The position numbers and the translations under genes were made by a program. From a bacterium (GTDB taxonomy: Bacteria; UBA8248): a DNA stretch of 64,000 nucleotides. Of this stretch, positions 18,023 through 30,100 are shown in pieces. The DNA lies in the NCBI GenBank assembly GCA_965219955.1, contig OZ244799.1, forward strand, positions 3,968,001 through 4,032,000. The letters run 5' to 3'. Under the pieces are notes generated by a model. That model made no database searches. It worked only from the letters and a program-made list of their open reading frames with translations, and was not told the origin of the DNA. Position 1 is the first letter of the stretch, and each line of letters opens with the position of its first letter.

Positions 18023-19526
18023 GGGCCTTCCTCCGGCGGGCCGCGCGGGTCCGCCTCCGGTGGAAAAAGAGGAGCAGGACGAACAGCAGAACGCCGCCCG
18101 TTGCCACATACGGCATCCATGAGACGGTATCGCCCCAGACTTCGACCGAGACGGACCCCTGAAACCCCTCGGCGACGAGCCTCAGGTCATAAAGCCCCGG
18201 TCCCGGCACCGACTGGCGGACCCGGTACACGGCTTCCTCGAAGGGCCGGTCGTGCCGGAAAGCCGCAAGCCGGGTCTTCCCCCGGCGCACCTCGATGGTC
18301 AGGGGGCCCGTGTAGCTTTGTCCGGTCCGGGCGTCCGTGAGGCTGACGTAGAACTGCACGTCGTCCGGCGTGTCCGATGTCTCCCGGCGCAGCCCCTCGA
18401 AGAAATAGCTCACCACGGTGATGTCGTAGCCGCCGACCCGGACGCGCGTTTCGCGCGTGGGGATCTGCGGATAATTCTCGGCGTAGCCGTAATGTGGTTT
18501 CCCCCGCATGTGGTGGCCGGAAGCGGTGAGCGGGATCAGGAGCAGGGCCAGCCCCAAACCCAGGGAGACGCCCTTTTTCAGGCGCGAGAGAAGTCCGGCG
18601 GGAAAGCGTCGGGGGGAGGGGGCGATTCCCAGGGTCAGGAGGTCGTCGGGGCACGCGGTCGTGCAGACCCCGCAGTTGTAGCATTCGGCCAGAGAGAACG
18701 CCTTCGCCGGGTTGACTCCCATCGGGCAGGCTCTCGCGCAGGCCGTGCAGCCCTCGATGCAGGAACGCTCGGCCTTGCGCACCCGGAAGGGGGCCAGCGA
18801 GCCGAAGAAGCCCAGGAGCGCGCCGGTCGGGCAGAGGGAGCGGCACCACGCCCGGCGCGAAAGGAGCAACTCGGCCAGGATGACGCCTGAGAAGATCAGG
18901 ACGCCGCCGTTGGTGGCGCCGAACACCATCAGGGAGAACACGTCCCGCCCGATCTGAACGTGGGGGAGGAGGTTCGCCCACAGGGCGATGTTGAATACGA
19001 CCGCCGCGATCAGCCCTGTGAGGAGCAGCGCCCACTTGGCCCACCGGGGAACTTTGAGGTCCGGCGGACGGACCCCGATCTTCGGCAGCGCGCGCTGCCT
19101 CAGGAGGTCGAACCCCTCGAGAAGGGTGTTCACCGGGCAGACCCACCCGCAGAAGACCCGCCCGAGGACGACGGCCAGGAGAAGCGGGAACGCGGCCCCC
19201 GCCAGGAGGGCCGGCCAGGCACCCGGCGTGCGGAACACGGTTTCCGCCGCGACCACCGGGTCGAGAATCGGGAACCCGAACACGGAGAACGACCCGAAGT
19301 TGCCTACCCAGTCCATCGAGCGGACTGCGGGGTCCGGCAGGCGCCCGATAGTGATCGAGAACAGGTGGTAGAGCCATTGCTCGAAGACGGTTCCCGTGAG
19401 GGAAATCTTGTGGTAGCCGTTCTTGCCGTACTGCTGGTAGAGGATGCCCCCGTAATTGAGGGCGGGCACGGCCAGGAGCAGGCCGAGCGCCCCCAGCTGA
19501 ATCACTCGTCTCAGCCGCCGGACCAC
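18003..19526 (-). CDS. NapH-like protein with an extra C-terminal membrane-anchored domain
   Basis: GRVFCGWVCP, WCRSLCPTG, two 4Fe-4S motifs, then TM-HHMRGKPHYGY...-TM extension. Confidence 0.8.
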   Translation of the reverse strand: MVRRLRRVIQLGALGLLLAVPALNYGGILYQQYGKNGYHKISLTGTVFEQWLYHLFSITIGRLPDPAVRSMDWVGNFGSFSVFGFPILDPVVAAETVFRTPGAWPALLAGAAFPLLLAVVLGRVFCGWVCPVNTLLEGFDLLRQRALPKIGVRPPDLKVPRWAKWALLLTGLIAAVVFNIALWANLLPHVQIGRDVFSLMVFGATNGGVLIFSGVILAELLLSRRAWCRSLCPTGALLGFFGSLAPFRVRKAERSCIEGCTACARACPMGVNPAKAFSLAECYNCGVCTTACPDDLLTLGIAPSPRRFPAGLLSRLKKGVSLGLGLALLLIPLTASGHHMRGKPHYGYAENYPQIPTRETRVRVGGYDITVVSYFFEGLRRETSDTPDDVQFYVSLTDARTGQSYTGPLTIEVRRGKTRLAAFRHDRPFEEAVYRVRQSVPGPGLYDLRLVAEGFQGSVSVEVWGDTVSWMPYVATGGVLLFVLLLFFHRRRTRAARRRKAHVASGA

Positions 19527-19530
19527 GGTA

Positions 19531-20121
19531 TCAGGACTCGGCCGGGACGATGCGGATCGCCTGGGGGACGTGGATGCAGGCGCGCTCGCAGAGCCCGCAG
19601 CCCACGCAGGCGTCCGTCACGATGGGCTGCTCGTACATCCCGGTCTTCATGGCCACCCCGGGGAAGGGGCAGGCGCGGATGCACACCCCGCAGGTGCGCC
19701 CCTGGTAGGAGAAGCACATGGAGCGATCCACCACCGCGCGCCCCATCTTGACCTCGGTGAGGACGGCGTCGCCGTCTGCGGCGATTCGGGTCAGCGCCCC
19801 CGTCGGGCAGACTTCGGTGCACTTCATGCAGAGCATGCAGGCCTGTTCGCGGGGGACGATGTAGGGCGTGTTGAGGTTTCGCAGGCCCTGCCCGAACCCG
19901 GTCATCTGGATGGCGGTGTTCGGACAGACGGCGGCGCACCTCGCGCAGCGGATGCACCGTTCGAGGAAGTCCTGTTCGCTCAGCGCGCCGGGCGGGCGGA
20001 GGAATCGGCGAAAGCGCGTAGCGGCTCTCGCGAAACCCCTCCGTCCGGCCGCGAGCAAGGAGGCGACGCCTGTGAGCGCCGCCGCTCCCGCGAGGAGGAA
20101 TTTTCTTCTGTTCAGGCCCAT
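19531..20121 (-). CDS. Ferredoxin-type protein (NapG-like)
   Basis: NRRKFL Tat motif, LRPPGAL, CIRCARC, CMLCMKC, CGVCIRACP, CVGCGLCERAC. Confidence 0.85.
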   Translation of the reverse strand: MGLNRRKFLLAGAAALTGVASLLAAGRRGFARAATRFRRFLRPPGALSEQDFLERCIRCARCAAVCPNTAIQMTGFGQGLRNLNTPYIVPREQACMLCMKCTEVCPTGALTRIAADGDAVLTEVKMGRAVVDRSMCFSYQGRTCGVCIRACPFPGVAMKTGMYEQPIVTDACVGCGLCERACIHVPQAIRIVPAES

Positions 20122-20202
20122 TCTGCCACCTCCATGTCTCCATACCCGGCGAGACGGGGAAGGCGAGAAACCTCTCCCCGTCCCGCTCGCTGCATCAAGT
20201 AT

Positions 20203-22842
20203 TCAAATCTTCTCGATCCTCGCCTTGACGTGCTTGAAGTCCGCCTGGCCGGATACCGGATCGAAAGCCCGGTGCGTGACCGCGTTGACGAGCCAGCGGT
20301 TCTTCTTCGGGTCGGCGCTGTCCGCGACGGAAAGGTTCCACGGGGAGAACACCTGCCCCGGCATGACCTTGTTGCGCGCGGGCTTGACCTTGCTCTTCGT
20401 GCCGATGCTGGCCCGCGCCTCGTAGCTGCCCCGGGGCGTCACGACCCGGACCCATTCCCCGTCCTCGATTCCGAGCTTCCGGGCGTCGCGGGGATTCATT
20501 TCGAGATACTGCTCCGGCACCAGCCGGCGGGTGGTGGCCGCCCGGATCGTCTTGGTGGTGTGGAAGTGCTCGAAGACGACCCCCAGGTTCAGCCAGAAGG
20601 GGTACTTGTCGGCCTTCTTGATCTCCGCCATGGTCTTTCCGTAGTAGTCGAAATCGGGCAGTTCCGGCGTCAACCCGTTGTCGCGCATCTCGACCAGCAC
20701 GTCGTAATGGTCCATGGCGTAGAAATCCGGGTCCTTGCCCGCTTTCGCGAAGATGTCCGTCAGCTCCTTGGCGCGCGAATAGTCCTGCTCGGTGAGCTTG
20801 AACTTCGCTCTTCCGTCCTTGCGGCGAAAGGCGCTGTAGGGCTTGTCCTTCCAGCCTGTCTCCTGCGCCATGTACTTGCGCGCGATTCCTCCCCCTTTGG
20901 CGATCTCGTACGTCGGGGCGGGATAAAAGACCCCCTTGCGCTTCCGAAGCTGCTCGTAGGGCGAGAGCTTGTCGCGCTTTTCCACCTCCAGCATCCCCGT
21001 CAGGTCCGCATCCGATCCCTTGCTGGCCCGTATGATGTCCCGGTAGACCTCTTCGGGGTCATAGAAGCCGTCCGCTTTCCTCGCGTAGGGGAATATCTTC
21101 TCCGCGTCCAGGCCGAGCTTTTTGGCGATGGACTTGCCCTCGTCGATGATGACGTCCAGATCGGGCCTGCAGTTCCTGGGCGGCTCCATGGCCTTGTCCG
21201 TGACGTACATCTTCCGCTCGCTGTTCTGGTACACCCCCCATTTCTCCCCGTGGGTGGCGGCGGGGAAGATGACATCGCCGTAGAGCAGGTTCGGGGCGTG
21301 CCGGTAGGCCTCCACCATGTAGGTGAACGTCTTGGTGATGGCGGGCCGGATGAGGGTGTCCACCTCCGGCAGATCCACGTGGGTGGCGTAGGCGAACTGC
21401 ATTATCTTGATGTCGCCCTTCAAGGCGCGCTCGAACATGCCGATGGTCATGCCCTTGTTCGGGGCGGCGGCGGTGACGTCGAGCCGTCCCGGCGGCAGGC
21501 CCCAGGCCTCGTTGATCTTCTTGCGGTGCGCGGCGTTCTTGATGCCCTCGTTGAACGGGAGCCGTCCGGTCAGGCCGCCCATGAGGCGTTCGCTCATGGC
21601 GTTGGGCTGCCCCGTCATGGAGAAGGGCCCCGCGCCCGGCCGGCCGATGTTCCCGGTCAGCAGGTGGAGGTTGATGATGTTGATGTTGCGGTGCTGCCCG
21701 TGGAGCGACTGGTTGTACCCGATCCCCCAGAAAGAGAGGACGCCGCCTTTCTTGCGCCGCCTGCCCTTCATGGTGGCGTCCGCCCAGATCGAGGCGATCC
21801 GCCTGACCACGGAGGGGGCGATCCCCGTCCGGTCGATGACCTGCTCCGGGCTGTAGCGGGCCATGATGCCCGCGCGGTAATCGTCGAACCCGTCCGTGTG
21901 CTGCCGGATGAAGGCCTCGTCCACGGTCTGGGGGAACTCCTTCATCAGGACGTGGGCGATGGCGTTCTGGAGGGAGAGGTCGCCGTTGGGGCGGATGGTG
22001 ATCGAGAGGCTGTTGTTGGGGTTGATCTGGGCGTAGCCGTCCATGGTCCCGGTGTAGCGCGGGTCGACCACCATGGTCGGGATGTTGCGCTTCTCCTTGG
22101 TGGCCGCCACGCGCCAGAACAGGACGGGGTGCGACCCGCGCGCGTTGTGGCCCCAGTGGTTGATGAAGTCGGCGTCCTCAATGTCGGAATAGTTCCCCGG
22201 CGGGTGGTCGCTCCCGAGGCTGTGGATGTAGCCCGTCACGGCCGAGGTCATGCACATCCGGGCGTTGGCCTCGATGCTGTTCGACTGGAGGACGCCCTTG
22301 TAGAAGATGTTGTCCAGCCATTGCTCCTCCATGGTCAACTGGCCGGACTGGTAGATCCCCACGGAGTTCCCCCCGTGCTTCTTCACGACCCCGACGACCA
22401 TGTTCGAGACGATGTCCATGCCTTCTTCCCACGTGCCGACGCGGAAGACGTCCTTATCGAAGCGCCCTTTCGTCTTCGAGACGTGCCCGGTCAGCGGGTT
22501 GGACATGTCCTTTCGGATCAGGACCTCCTCCAGCCGGTCGACGTAGAGGGACTCCGCGGCCGTGAGGCCCTTGATGCACTGAAGCCCCAGGTTGACGGGG
22601 GAGTCCTTGTCCGGGATGCACGCCACGATCTTTTCATTCTCGACGACGTAGTAGGTGTGGCACCCCACGCCGCAGTAGGGGCATTGCGTGGGGACGAGCT
22701 TCCGCGTGTCCTGGGCGCCTTCCGCCTCTCCGACGAGCTGGAACAGCTCCTTGTCGCGGGTCAGGGCCCCGCCCATGGCGAGCCCGGTGGCGAGCGCGGT
22801 GGACGACTGCAGAAACGCACGGCGATTGAATTTCGGCATCAC
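20203..22842 (-). CDS. napA: Tat-exported molybdopterin oxidoreductase, periplasmic nitrate reductase (NapA/Nas)-like catalytic subunit
   Basis: NRRAFL Tat signal, CPYCGVGC...CIKG 4Fe-4S motif, NARMCMTSA Mo-ligand Cys motif, FSMTGQPNA. Confidence 0.7.
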   Translation of the reverse strand: MMPKFNRRAFLQSSTALATGLAMGGALTRDKELFQLVGEAEGAQDTRKLVPTQCPYCGVGCHTYYVVENEKIVACIPDKDSPVNLGLQCIKGLTAAESLYVDRLEEVLIRKDMSNPLTGHVSKTKGRFDKDVFRVGTWEEGMDIVSNMVVGVVKKHGGNSVGIYQSGQLTMEEQWLDNIFYKGVLQSNSIEANARMCMTSAVTGYIHSLGSDHPPGNYSDIEDADFINHWGHNARGSHPVLFWRVAATKEKRNIPTMVVDPRYTGTMDGYAQINPNNSLSITIRPNGDLSLQNAIAHVLMKEFPQTVDEAFIRQHTDGFDDYRAGIMARYSPEQVIDRTGIAPSVVRRIASIWADATMKGRRRKKGGVLSFWGIGYNQSLHGQHRNINIINLHLLTGNIGRPGAGPFSMTGQPNAMSERLMGGLTGRLPFNEGIKNAAHRKKINEAWGLPPGRLDVTAAAPNKGMTIGMFERALKGDIKIMQFAYATHVDLPEVDTLIRPAITKTFTYMVEAYRHAPNLLYGDVIFPAATHGEKWGVYQNSERKMYVTDKAMEPPRNCRPDLDVIIDEGKSIAKKLGLDAEKIFPYARKADGFYDPEEVYRDIIRASKGSDADLTGMLEVEKRDKLSPYEQLRKRKGVFYPAPTYEIAKGGGIARKYMAQETGWKDKPYSAFRRKDGRAKFKLTEQDYSRAKELTDIFAKAGKDPDFYAMDHYDVLVEMRDNGLTPELPDFDYYGKTMAEIKKADKYPFWLNLGVVFEHFHTTKTIRAATTRRLVPEQYLEMNPRDARKLGIEDGEWVRVVTPRGSYEARASIGTKSKVKPARNKVMPGQVFSPWNLSVADSADPKKNRWLVNAVTHRAFDPVSGQADFKHVKARIEKI

Positions 22843-23579
22843 TTGTCCCTCCAGGGGTCTACGGGTCCCGAATCGCGTTTTTCCCAGGTGCGGATGTAGG
22901 CGACGATGTCGTTAATCTCCTCCTCGGTCAGCTCCACCATGCCCTGCTTCCCCTTGAGGTAGGCGCCCATCGGCGTACCGACCCGGCCCTGCATCATCGT
23001 CGCCTTGATGTAGCCGTCGGTGGCGGATTTGAGAAAACCCTGGTTGTTCAGGGCCGGTCCGGCGTAGCCCGCCATGGCGTTGGTCACGTGGCCTCCGCCC
23101 ACCTGGGGGCCGCCGAGGCCGTCCCGCCCATGGCAGCCGGAGCACATCCCGTCGAAAAACTCCTTTCCGCGGGATACGGAGCCCGCCACCCGTTTTTGAT
23201 CGATCCCGGCGTAGTCGCGGAGCTGCCAGCTCCGCACATAGGTCGCGATGGCTTCGATGTCTTCTTTTTTCAGGAAAGTCCCGTACGGGATCATCTGGCG
23301 CGGCAGCCGCCCGTAGAAGATGGAGCGGCGGATGTACCCTTCGGGGGCGACGGCCAGGAAGCTTTGCAGGTTCAGGGGGAGACCCACGCCTCCTTGGCCG
23401 TTCTTACCGTGGCAGGCCGCGCAGTGTATCAGGTAGAGCCGGCTGCCCTTCGAATAGACGGAATCCCATTTGGAATCGCGATCGAAGGCGTTGGTTCCGG
23501 TGGGAAGAAGAAGCGTGGCTGTCAGCACGAAAGAGAAGAGAAAACCGACGAGAACCGGGAATGAATGCCACTGTTTCAT
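22839..23579 (-). CDS. Periplasmic diheme cytochrome c (two class I c domains)
   Basis: Signal peptide; CAACH and CSGCH heme motifs, each followed by a distal Met candidate. Confidence 0.88.
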   Translation of the reverse strand: MKQWHSFPVLVGFLFSFVLTATLLLPTGTNAFDRDSKWDSVYSKGSRLYLIHCAACHGKNGQGGVGLPLNLQSFLAVAPEGYIRRSIFYGRLPRQMIPYGTFLKKEDIEAIATYVRSWQLRDYAGIDQKRVAGSVSRGKEFFDGMCSGCHGRDGLGGPQVGGGHVTNAMAGYAGPALNNQGFLKSATDGYIKATMMQGRVGTPMGAYLKGKQGMVELTEEEINDIVAYIRTWEKRDSGPVDPWRDK

Positions 23580-23715
23580 GAGTGCTCTCCTCTCGAACAG
23601 TCTCTGTTCCTATGTTGGTGGGACGAGCCTTGCTTGATCTCCTTTCTCTTATCCCCCGGATGGGGGCCGAATCTCATGCGTCGGGCGATGCGCTTGACTC
23701 ACGCCTATATAATTA

Positions 23716-23744
23716 AAAATAGGTTCGAGGGGCTGAATTGTCAA
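23716..23744 (-). promoter_or_regulatory. Putative sigma70 promoter of the cytochrome c/Nap-like operon
   Basis: Minus strand TTGACA-17 bp-TATTTT in an AT-rich patch. Confidence 0.5.
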
Positions 23745-24152
23745 AGAAAACTTCCGGCCCTCATGGATGCGGCTGGAGGGCGAGTTTCGCCGCAGCATCA
23801 GGCGGCCAGGAGGCGGCGGGCGCGGGCAGGATCATCCGCCGTTCCGGCGGGCTCGAGGCGGAATGCAGCGGCGTCGCTCTCGCTCACGCCGGGGGCCCGG
23901 TGCCTGAGACGCCCCGGCATGGACTGGCGCTGTGCCGGCAGACAAACCGCCTGAAACTTCGCGGCTCGGTGCGAGATAGATCCGTCAACAAATCCCGGGC
24001 GTCCCCGCAGAGCGTATCCGGTCGAGGCGTCATCGCCCCGAAAAAAGTTGTTGAGTCCTCCTGTAGCGCCCTTTATGATGGGCTTGTTCCAGAACGACGT
24101 CATGGCGGCAAGGAGAAGTGTTACGCGAGGAAATCCGAACCTGGAGGAGAAC

Positions 24153-27100
24153 TTGAAGCATTCAGACGGGAATTTCGATCCTTCCGAAAAAACCGAAAAC
24201 GGGGCGCCGGTGACTTCGCGGCCCGCGGAGCCCATCGCGATCGTGGGCATGGCGTGCCGCTTCCCCAATGCCGTCGGCATTCCGGCCTTCTGGCGTCTGC
24301 TCGAAGCCGGCGAGAACGCGGTGACCGAGGGCGTTCCGGGTTCGGGCGTGGGGCGCGTGGGCGTGCTTTTCCCCGACGCCGGGGTCCAGAGCGACGCCTG
24401 CCGTTTCGGCGCCTATCTCGACGAGATCGACCGGTTCGACGCCGCGTTCTTCCGCATATCGCCGGTCGAGGCGCACCTCCTCGACCCCCAGCAGCGCCTC
24501 ATGCTGGAGACGAGCTGGCGCGCGCTCGAAGATGCGGGGATGGACCCGGAAAGGCTCAGGGGCAGCCGCACCGGCGTATACGGGGGAGTCAGCAACAACG
24601 AATACCGCAGCCTGATCATGGACGTGAGCGATACAGCGGAACCCGCCACGAGCCTGTATACGGTGAGCGGCACCTCCTTCAACACGGCGGTGGGACGGGT
24701 TTCCTTCGCACTGGGTCTGGAGGGGCCGGCGATCGCGCTGGACACCGCCTGCTCCTCGTCGCTGGTCGCGGTGCACCAGGCGGTGGCGGGCCTGCAGCGG
24801 CGCGAAGCGGACCTCGCCCTGGCGGGAGGGGTGCACACGATCCTCTCGGGCCGCCTGCTGGAGTTGCGCGGCAACGCCGGGATGCTCTCGCCCGACGGGC
24901 GGTGCGCGACCTTCGACGCCGCCGCGAACGGGTACGTGCGGGGCGAGGGCTGCGGAATCGTGGCGCTCAAGCGTCTCGCCGAGGCGGAAGCGGACGGCGA
25001 CCGCATCTGGGGCGTGATTCGCGGGTCGGCCATCAACCAGGACGGCGCGAGTCCGGGGCTGACGGTGCCGAGCGGCCCGGCGCAGGAGCGGGTGATCGCG
25101 GCGGCGCTGGCGCAAGCCGGAATCCAGCCCCATGAAGTCGATTATCTCGAAGCGCACGGGACGGGAACGGAGGTGGGCGACCCGATCGAGCTGGAAGCGG
25201 CGGCTGCGGCTTACGGCAAGGGTCGCGATGCGGGCCGACCGCTCCTGATCGGCTCGGTGAAAACCAACATCGGACACCTCGAATCGTCGGCCGGAGTCGC
25301 CGGCCTGATCAAGGCGACGCTGGCCCTGAAGCAGGGGGTGGTTCCCAGGCACCTCCACTTCCGGGAGCCTACTCCGGCGGTGGACTGGGAGCGGATGTCC
25401 CTGCAGGTGGCGGCGGAGGCGACGGAGTGGCCGCGCCATCCCGGTCATCCCCCGAGGGCGGGCGTCAGCGGGTTCGGCTGGTCGGGCACGAACGCCCACG
25501 TCATCGTCGAGAGATACGAAGGGCCGGCGGGGGATTCCACCGTCGGCTCCATGGTTGAACCCGCGGGTTCCGCACTGCCGGTCACCGTTTCCCTGCCTGA
25601 AGCGCTGGCGGACCCGCCGCCGGCGGAAGACGGACCCGGAGCCCGCGAAACAAGGCTCCTTCCGCTGTCGGGCAAGTCCGAGGGCGCGCTTCGCGAGTTG
25701 GCGGGGCGGTATCTCTCCTGGCTTGATGAGCGCGGCGAAGAGTTCGCTTCCCAAAGCGCCGCCTCGGAGCCGCTGCTTTCGGACATGGCGTGGACGGCCG
25801 CTGTCGGGCGGAGCCATTTCACGCACCGCGCGGGGCTGCTCTTCGACGACGCGGCGCGGCTTCGCGAGCGGTTGAACGCCCTGGCCGAAGGAGTTGATCC
25901 GCCGGAACCAGGGACGGCGGCCAGGGTGGCGTTCCTCTTCACCGGTCAGGGCAGCCAGTGGGTCGGCATGGGGCGGGACCTGTACGAGAGCGAACCGGTG
26001 GCGCGGGCGGTTCTCGATCGTTGTGAGGAAGTCGCTCGCGCAACACGGGGCGCCTCGCTTCTGGACGTGATGTTCGCTCAAGGCGGGGGAGATCTCTACG
26101 ACACGGTTTGGGCGCAGCCGGCCATCTACGCGCTCGAGTGCGCGGTCACGGCGCTCTGGGCGAGCCTGGGGGTTCGCCCGGACGTGGTGGTGGGGCACAG
26201 CGTCGGTGAGTTCGGGGCGGCGCATACGGCGGGCGTGTTCGGACTCGAAGACGGGATGCGGGCCGTCATGGGGCGGAGCGAAATACTGGCGTCGGTCCCG
26301 GAAGCCGGGACGATGGCGGCCGTCTTCGCTCCCTACTCGATAGTCGAGGAGGCGGTGCGTGCGTACAACGAGTCGGCCGGTAGCGAGAGGCTTGCGATTG
26401 CGGCGAGGAACGGGGCGCACCAGGTGTTGAGCGGTCAGGTCTCCGCGGTCGAGGCGGTCTCGCAGCGCTTCGAGGCCGAAGAAGTCCGGGTGAGGCCGAT
26501 CCACACGAGCCAGGCGTTCCACAGCCCCCTGGTGGAGCCTGTTCTGGATACGCTGGAAAGTCTTTTCGGCGGATTCGAGATATCAGCGGCCTCGCGCACC
26601 ACGCTGGTGAGCAACGTGACGGGCCGGGTCGTGGAGCCGGACGAGATACTCGGCGGAGCGTACTGGCGCCGCCACGCCCGCGAGGCGGTGGCCTTCGACC
26701 TCGGCGTCAGGACGCTGGCGAATCTGGGCGTCGACCTGGTGGTGGAAGTCGGTCCGCACGCGGTGCTGGGCCCGATGCTGTCTTTCGCCTGGCCGGGGCC
26801 GGATGACGGTGCGGATGCCGCAGGTGTGGACGTCGAGGCTCCTCGCGTTTTGGCGAGCCTGCAAAGGCCCTCGCAGGACGAGGGTGCGTCGGCGGACGAG
26901 CTCGAGACGGGTTTCATGGGCGCGGTGGCCGGGGCCTATGAGGCCGGAGTCGACCTCTCCTTCGAGGGATTGTTCGCCGGAGAGAGCAGGCGGCGCATCT
27001 CGCTGCCGGGCTATCCGTTCCAGCGCGAACGGTTCTGGGTCGAGGGGCCGAAACGGCGCCGGCAAAGCGCAGGGCACCCGCTGCTGGGCGAGAGACATGA

Positions 27101-30100
27101 GTCCGCCGGCGGCGAAATCACCTTCGAGACCGAAGTGCTCCCTTCTGATCCGGCGTGGCTGAACGACCACCGGGTGTTCGGCCGGGTCATTGCGCCGGGC
27201 GCGCTCTATGGTGCGATGGCGGTATCGGCGTCCACCGCCGAGGGAAGCGGCTCGATGGTCATCGAGGAGATGCAGTTCCATAACGCGCTGATCTTCGGGG
27301 AAGAAAATTCAGAGAACGGCGGCGAGGGGCGGGAAATGCAGGTTCTGCTCGAGGCGCCGGGGGAGGAGCCCTCGCGTCTCGTCCGGATATTCAGCAAGGG
27401 AGAGGCCGAGGAGGGTTGGACGCTGCATGCGGAGTGCCGAGCGCCCTCGGAAGCGGGCGGACGGCAAGCACCGGAGCAGGTGGATTTGGAAGGCCTGAAG
27501 GCCGCCCTTTCGCCCGAGGACGTGCCGGCGTATTACCGCGCCAAGGCGAATGTGGGGATCGATCTCGGCCCATCGCTCCGCACGCTGGGGTCGGTCTGGT
27601 CCCGGACGGGCGAGGCGCTGGGTGAAATTTGCTTCCCCGAAGCCCTCGGCGCGAACGGCCTCGACGTGCACCCTCTCCTTCTCGACGGCTGCTTTCAGGT
27701 CATGGGGGCGGCGCGCAATCCGGGCGGGGCCGAAGACGGAATCACCTACCTGCCGTTCGGCTGGGAGCGGCTGTGGCTGGCGGAGAGGCTGCCGGACAGG
27801 CTTCTCTGCCACGTGCGCATGCGGGAGACCCCGAGCAGTCAGGAAACCGACGCTGAAACGGGCGGATCGCAGGAGGTCTTCGTGGGCGATTTCCGCCTCT
27901 ACGATGAGAACGGGGCGCTGATCGGCGAGTTGAGCGGGTTCATGGTGAAGCGCGCGACGCGGGCGGCGCTGCTCTCGGCGGTGGAAGGGCTGGACGATCT
28001 TCTCTACGAGGTCGTCTGGCGCGAGAGCGCCCTCCCGCAGGGAATCCAGCCCGCGGATTTCCTCCCGAGTCCGGGGGAGGTCGCAGAGAGTTGGGGACTG
28101 TTTTCCGACTACCTGGCGGCGGAAGGAGTCGATGCCGGGGTGCGGCCCGCCTTGATGGCGGATCTCTCGCGCATGGCGCGGCATTTTGCGCTCGCGGCCC
28201 TGGAGAAGCTCGGATGGGAGCGGAAGGCGGGCGAGGCCGTGGATTCGGAAGATTTGCGGGAGCGCCTGGGGGTCCGGGAGGAACACGGCCAACTGTTCCG
28301 CCGGATGCTGGAGATACTGGCGAAGTCGGGCGTTCTTCAGGCGGAGGGCGAAGGCTTCCTCGTCGCCGTAGGGAATGGTGAGCCCTTGCCGGAGGGAATA
28401 CCGGGGGAACCCGAGCAGTTCGCGGCGCAAGTAATCGAGCGTTACGCTTACGCTTCCAACGAGATCGGGCTGTTCCGCAGGAGCGCGGGCGCGCTGGCGG
28501 AAGTGCTGCGCGGCGAGGAGGATCCGCTCTCGCTCCTGTTCGGCAGCGGAGAACCGAGCGCCGCGGACCTCTACTTCAAGGCGCCGTTGTGGCGGGCGGC
28601 GAACAAGATGCTGGGAGACGCCACAAGGACGCTCGTGGCCGGTTTGCCCGAAGGACGGCGCTTGCGGGTCATCGAGGTCGGGGCGGGCACGGGGTCGGCG
28701 ACCGAATCCGTCCTGCCCGAGCTTCCAGAAGGGCGTTTCGACTACACCTACACGGACATCTCGGCGGGCTTCTTCGCGCAGGCGGAGGGGCTGTTCGGGG
28801 ACGGCGGCGGGTGTATCGAGTACCGTGTGCTGGATATCGAAAAAGACCCGTTGGAGCAGGGCTTCGACTCCCACGGCTATGATCTGGTGATTGCCTCGAA
28901 CGTGCTGCACGCCACGCGCTACCTGGAGGAAACGCTCACGCACTGCCGGAGCCTTCTCGCGCCCTCGGGACATCTCGTGGCGCTCGAGAACCTTTCTGGC
29001 CAGGACTGGCTGGATATGACTTTCGGGCAACTGGACGGCTGGTGGCGGTTCTCGGACGAGTGCCGCCCCACCTACGCCCTGGCGGGGCCGGACGTATGGC
29101 GGGGGTCCCTCGATGCCGCGGGTTTCGAGGGCGTGGAGATTCTGGGAGTTGGCGGGTCCGGCTCCGCAGAGATGCCGGACAGGGGCGTGATTCTGGGGCA
29201 ACAGACCGAGGAGGTGGCCGAGCGTCCCGGTGTCTGGATTCTGGCGGCGGACCGAGGCGGTACGGCAGAGGCGTTGGCCTCGGAGCTGGCCGCGCGCAAC
29301 CAGACGGTCGTGCTGGCTGGCGAAGCGGGTTCGACGGACGGGGGTCCTCCGGACGAAATACCCGGAGTCATCCATACGACTCTTGAGATGGATAGCCGCG
29401 AATCCTGGGGAGCGCTGCTCGAAGGCCTGCCAGGAGATGCGCCGCTCGGCGGCGTCGCGCATTTCGCCGCGCTCGACGGCCACGGACCCGATGCGACGAC
29501 CGGGGAGATGGCGGAGGACGTGAAACGGGCGGGGGCGAGCGCACTGGCGCTGGCGCAGGGGCTCCTGGACGCAGACGCGGCGCCCGGGAAGGGTTTCTGG
29601 TTCCTCACGCGGGGCGCGCAGGTGCTGGAGCGCGAACGCGGCGGAGAGCTCGCGGGCGCGACGCTGTGGGGTTTCGGAAAAGCGATGTCCCGGGAGGCTT
29701 CCCGGATGCAGCCGAAAATGCTTGATCTGGATCCCGAGCCTACGGCGCCGCCCGCAGACCTCGCCAATGAACTGCTCTACCCCGACGCGGAAAACCAAAT
29801 CGTCCACCGTGGCGACAGGCGTCGCGTTGCCCGCCTGGTCCGGGCCGGCGAGGGGGTGGAGCGGCTGGCCTTGCCCGAAGAGCCGGACTGGCTGCTGGGC
29901 GTCGGCGAAGACGGCGCGCTCAGCGGGCTGCAGGCAGAGCCGCCGCCGCTGGAACCGAGAGAAGTTCGCTTGGGCATAGAGGCCGCCGGGCTCAACTTCT
30001 GGGACGTGTTCGCGGCGCTCGGCCTGATTGACGAAAAATTCCTGGGCACGGAGATGTGCGGCCATATCCTCGAGGTGGGCTCCGAGGTATCGAGCGTTTC

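Noticed and set aside
19570-22899. 1109-aa plus-strand ORF over the Nap-like genes
   Set aside because: Antisense shadow; the minus strand carries all conserved motifs
24048-24152. N-terminal extension of the PKS in the ORF track
   Set aside because: A strong GGAGGA RBS precedes the in-frame TTG at 24153
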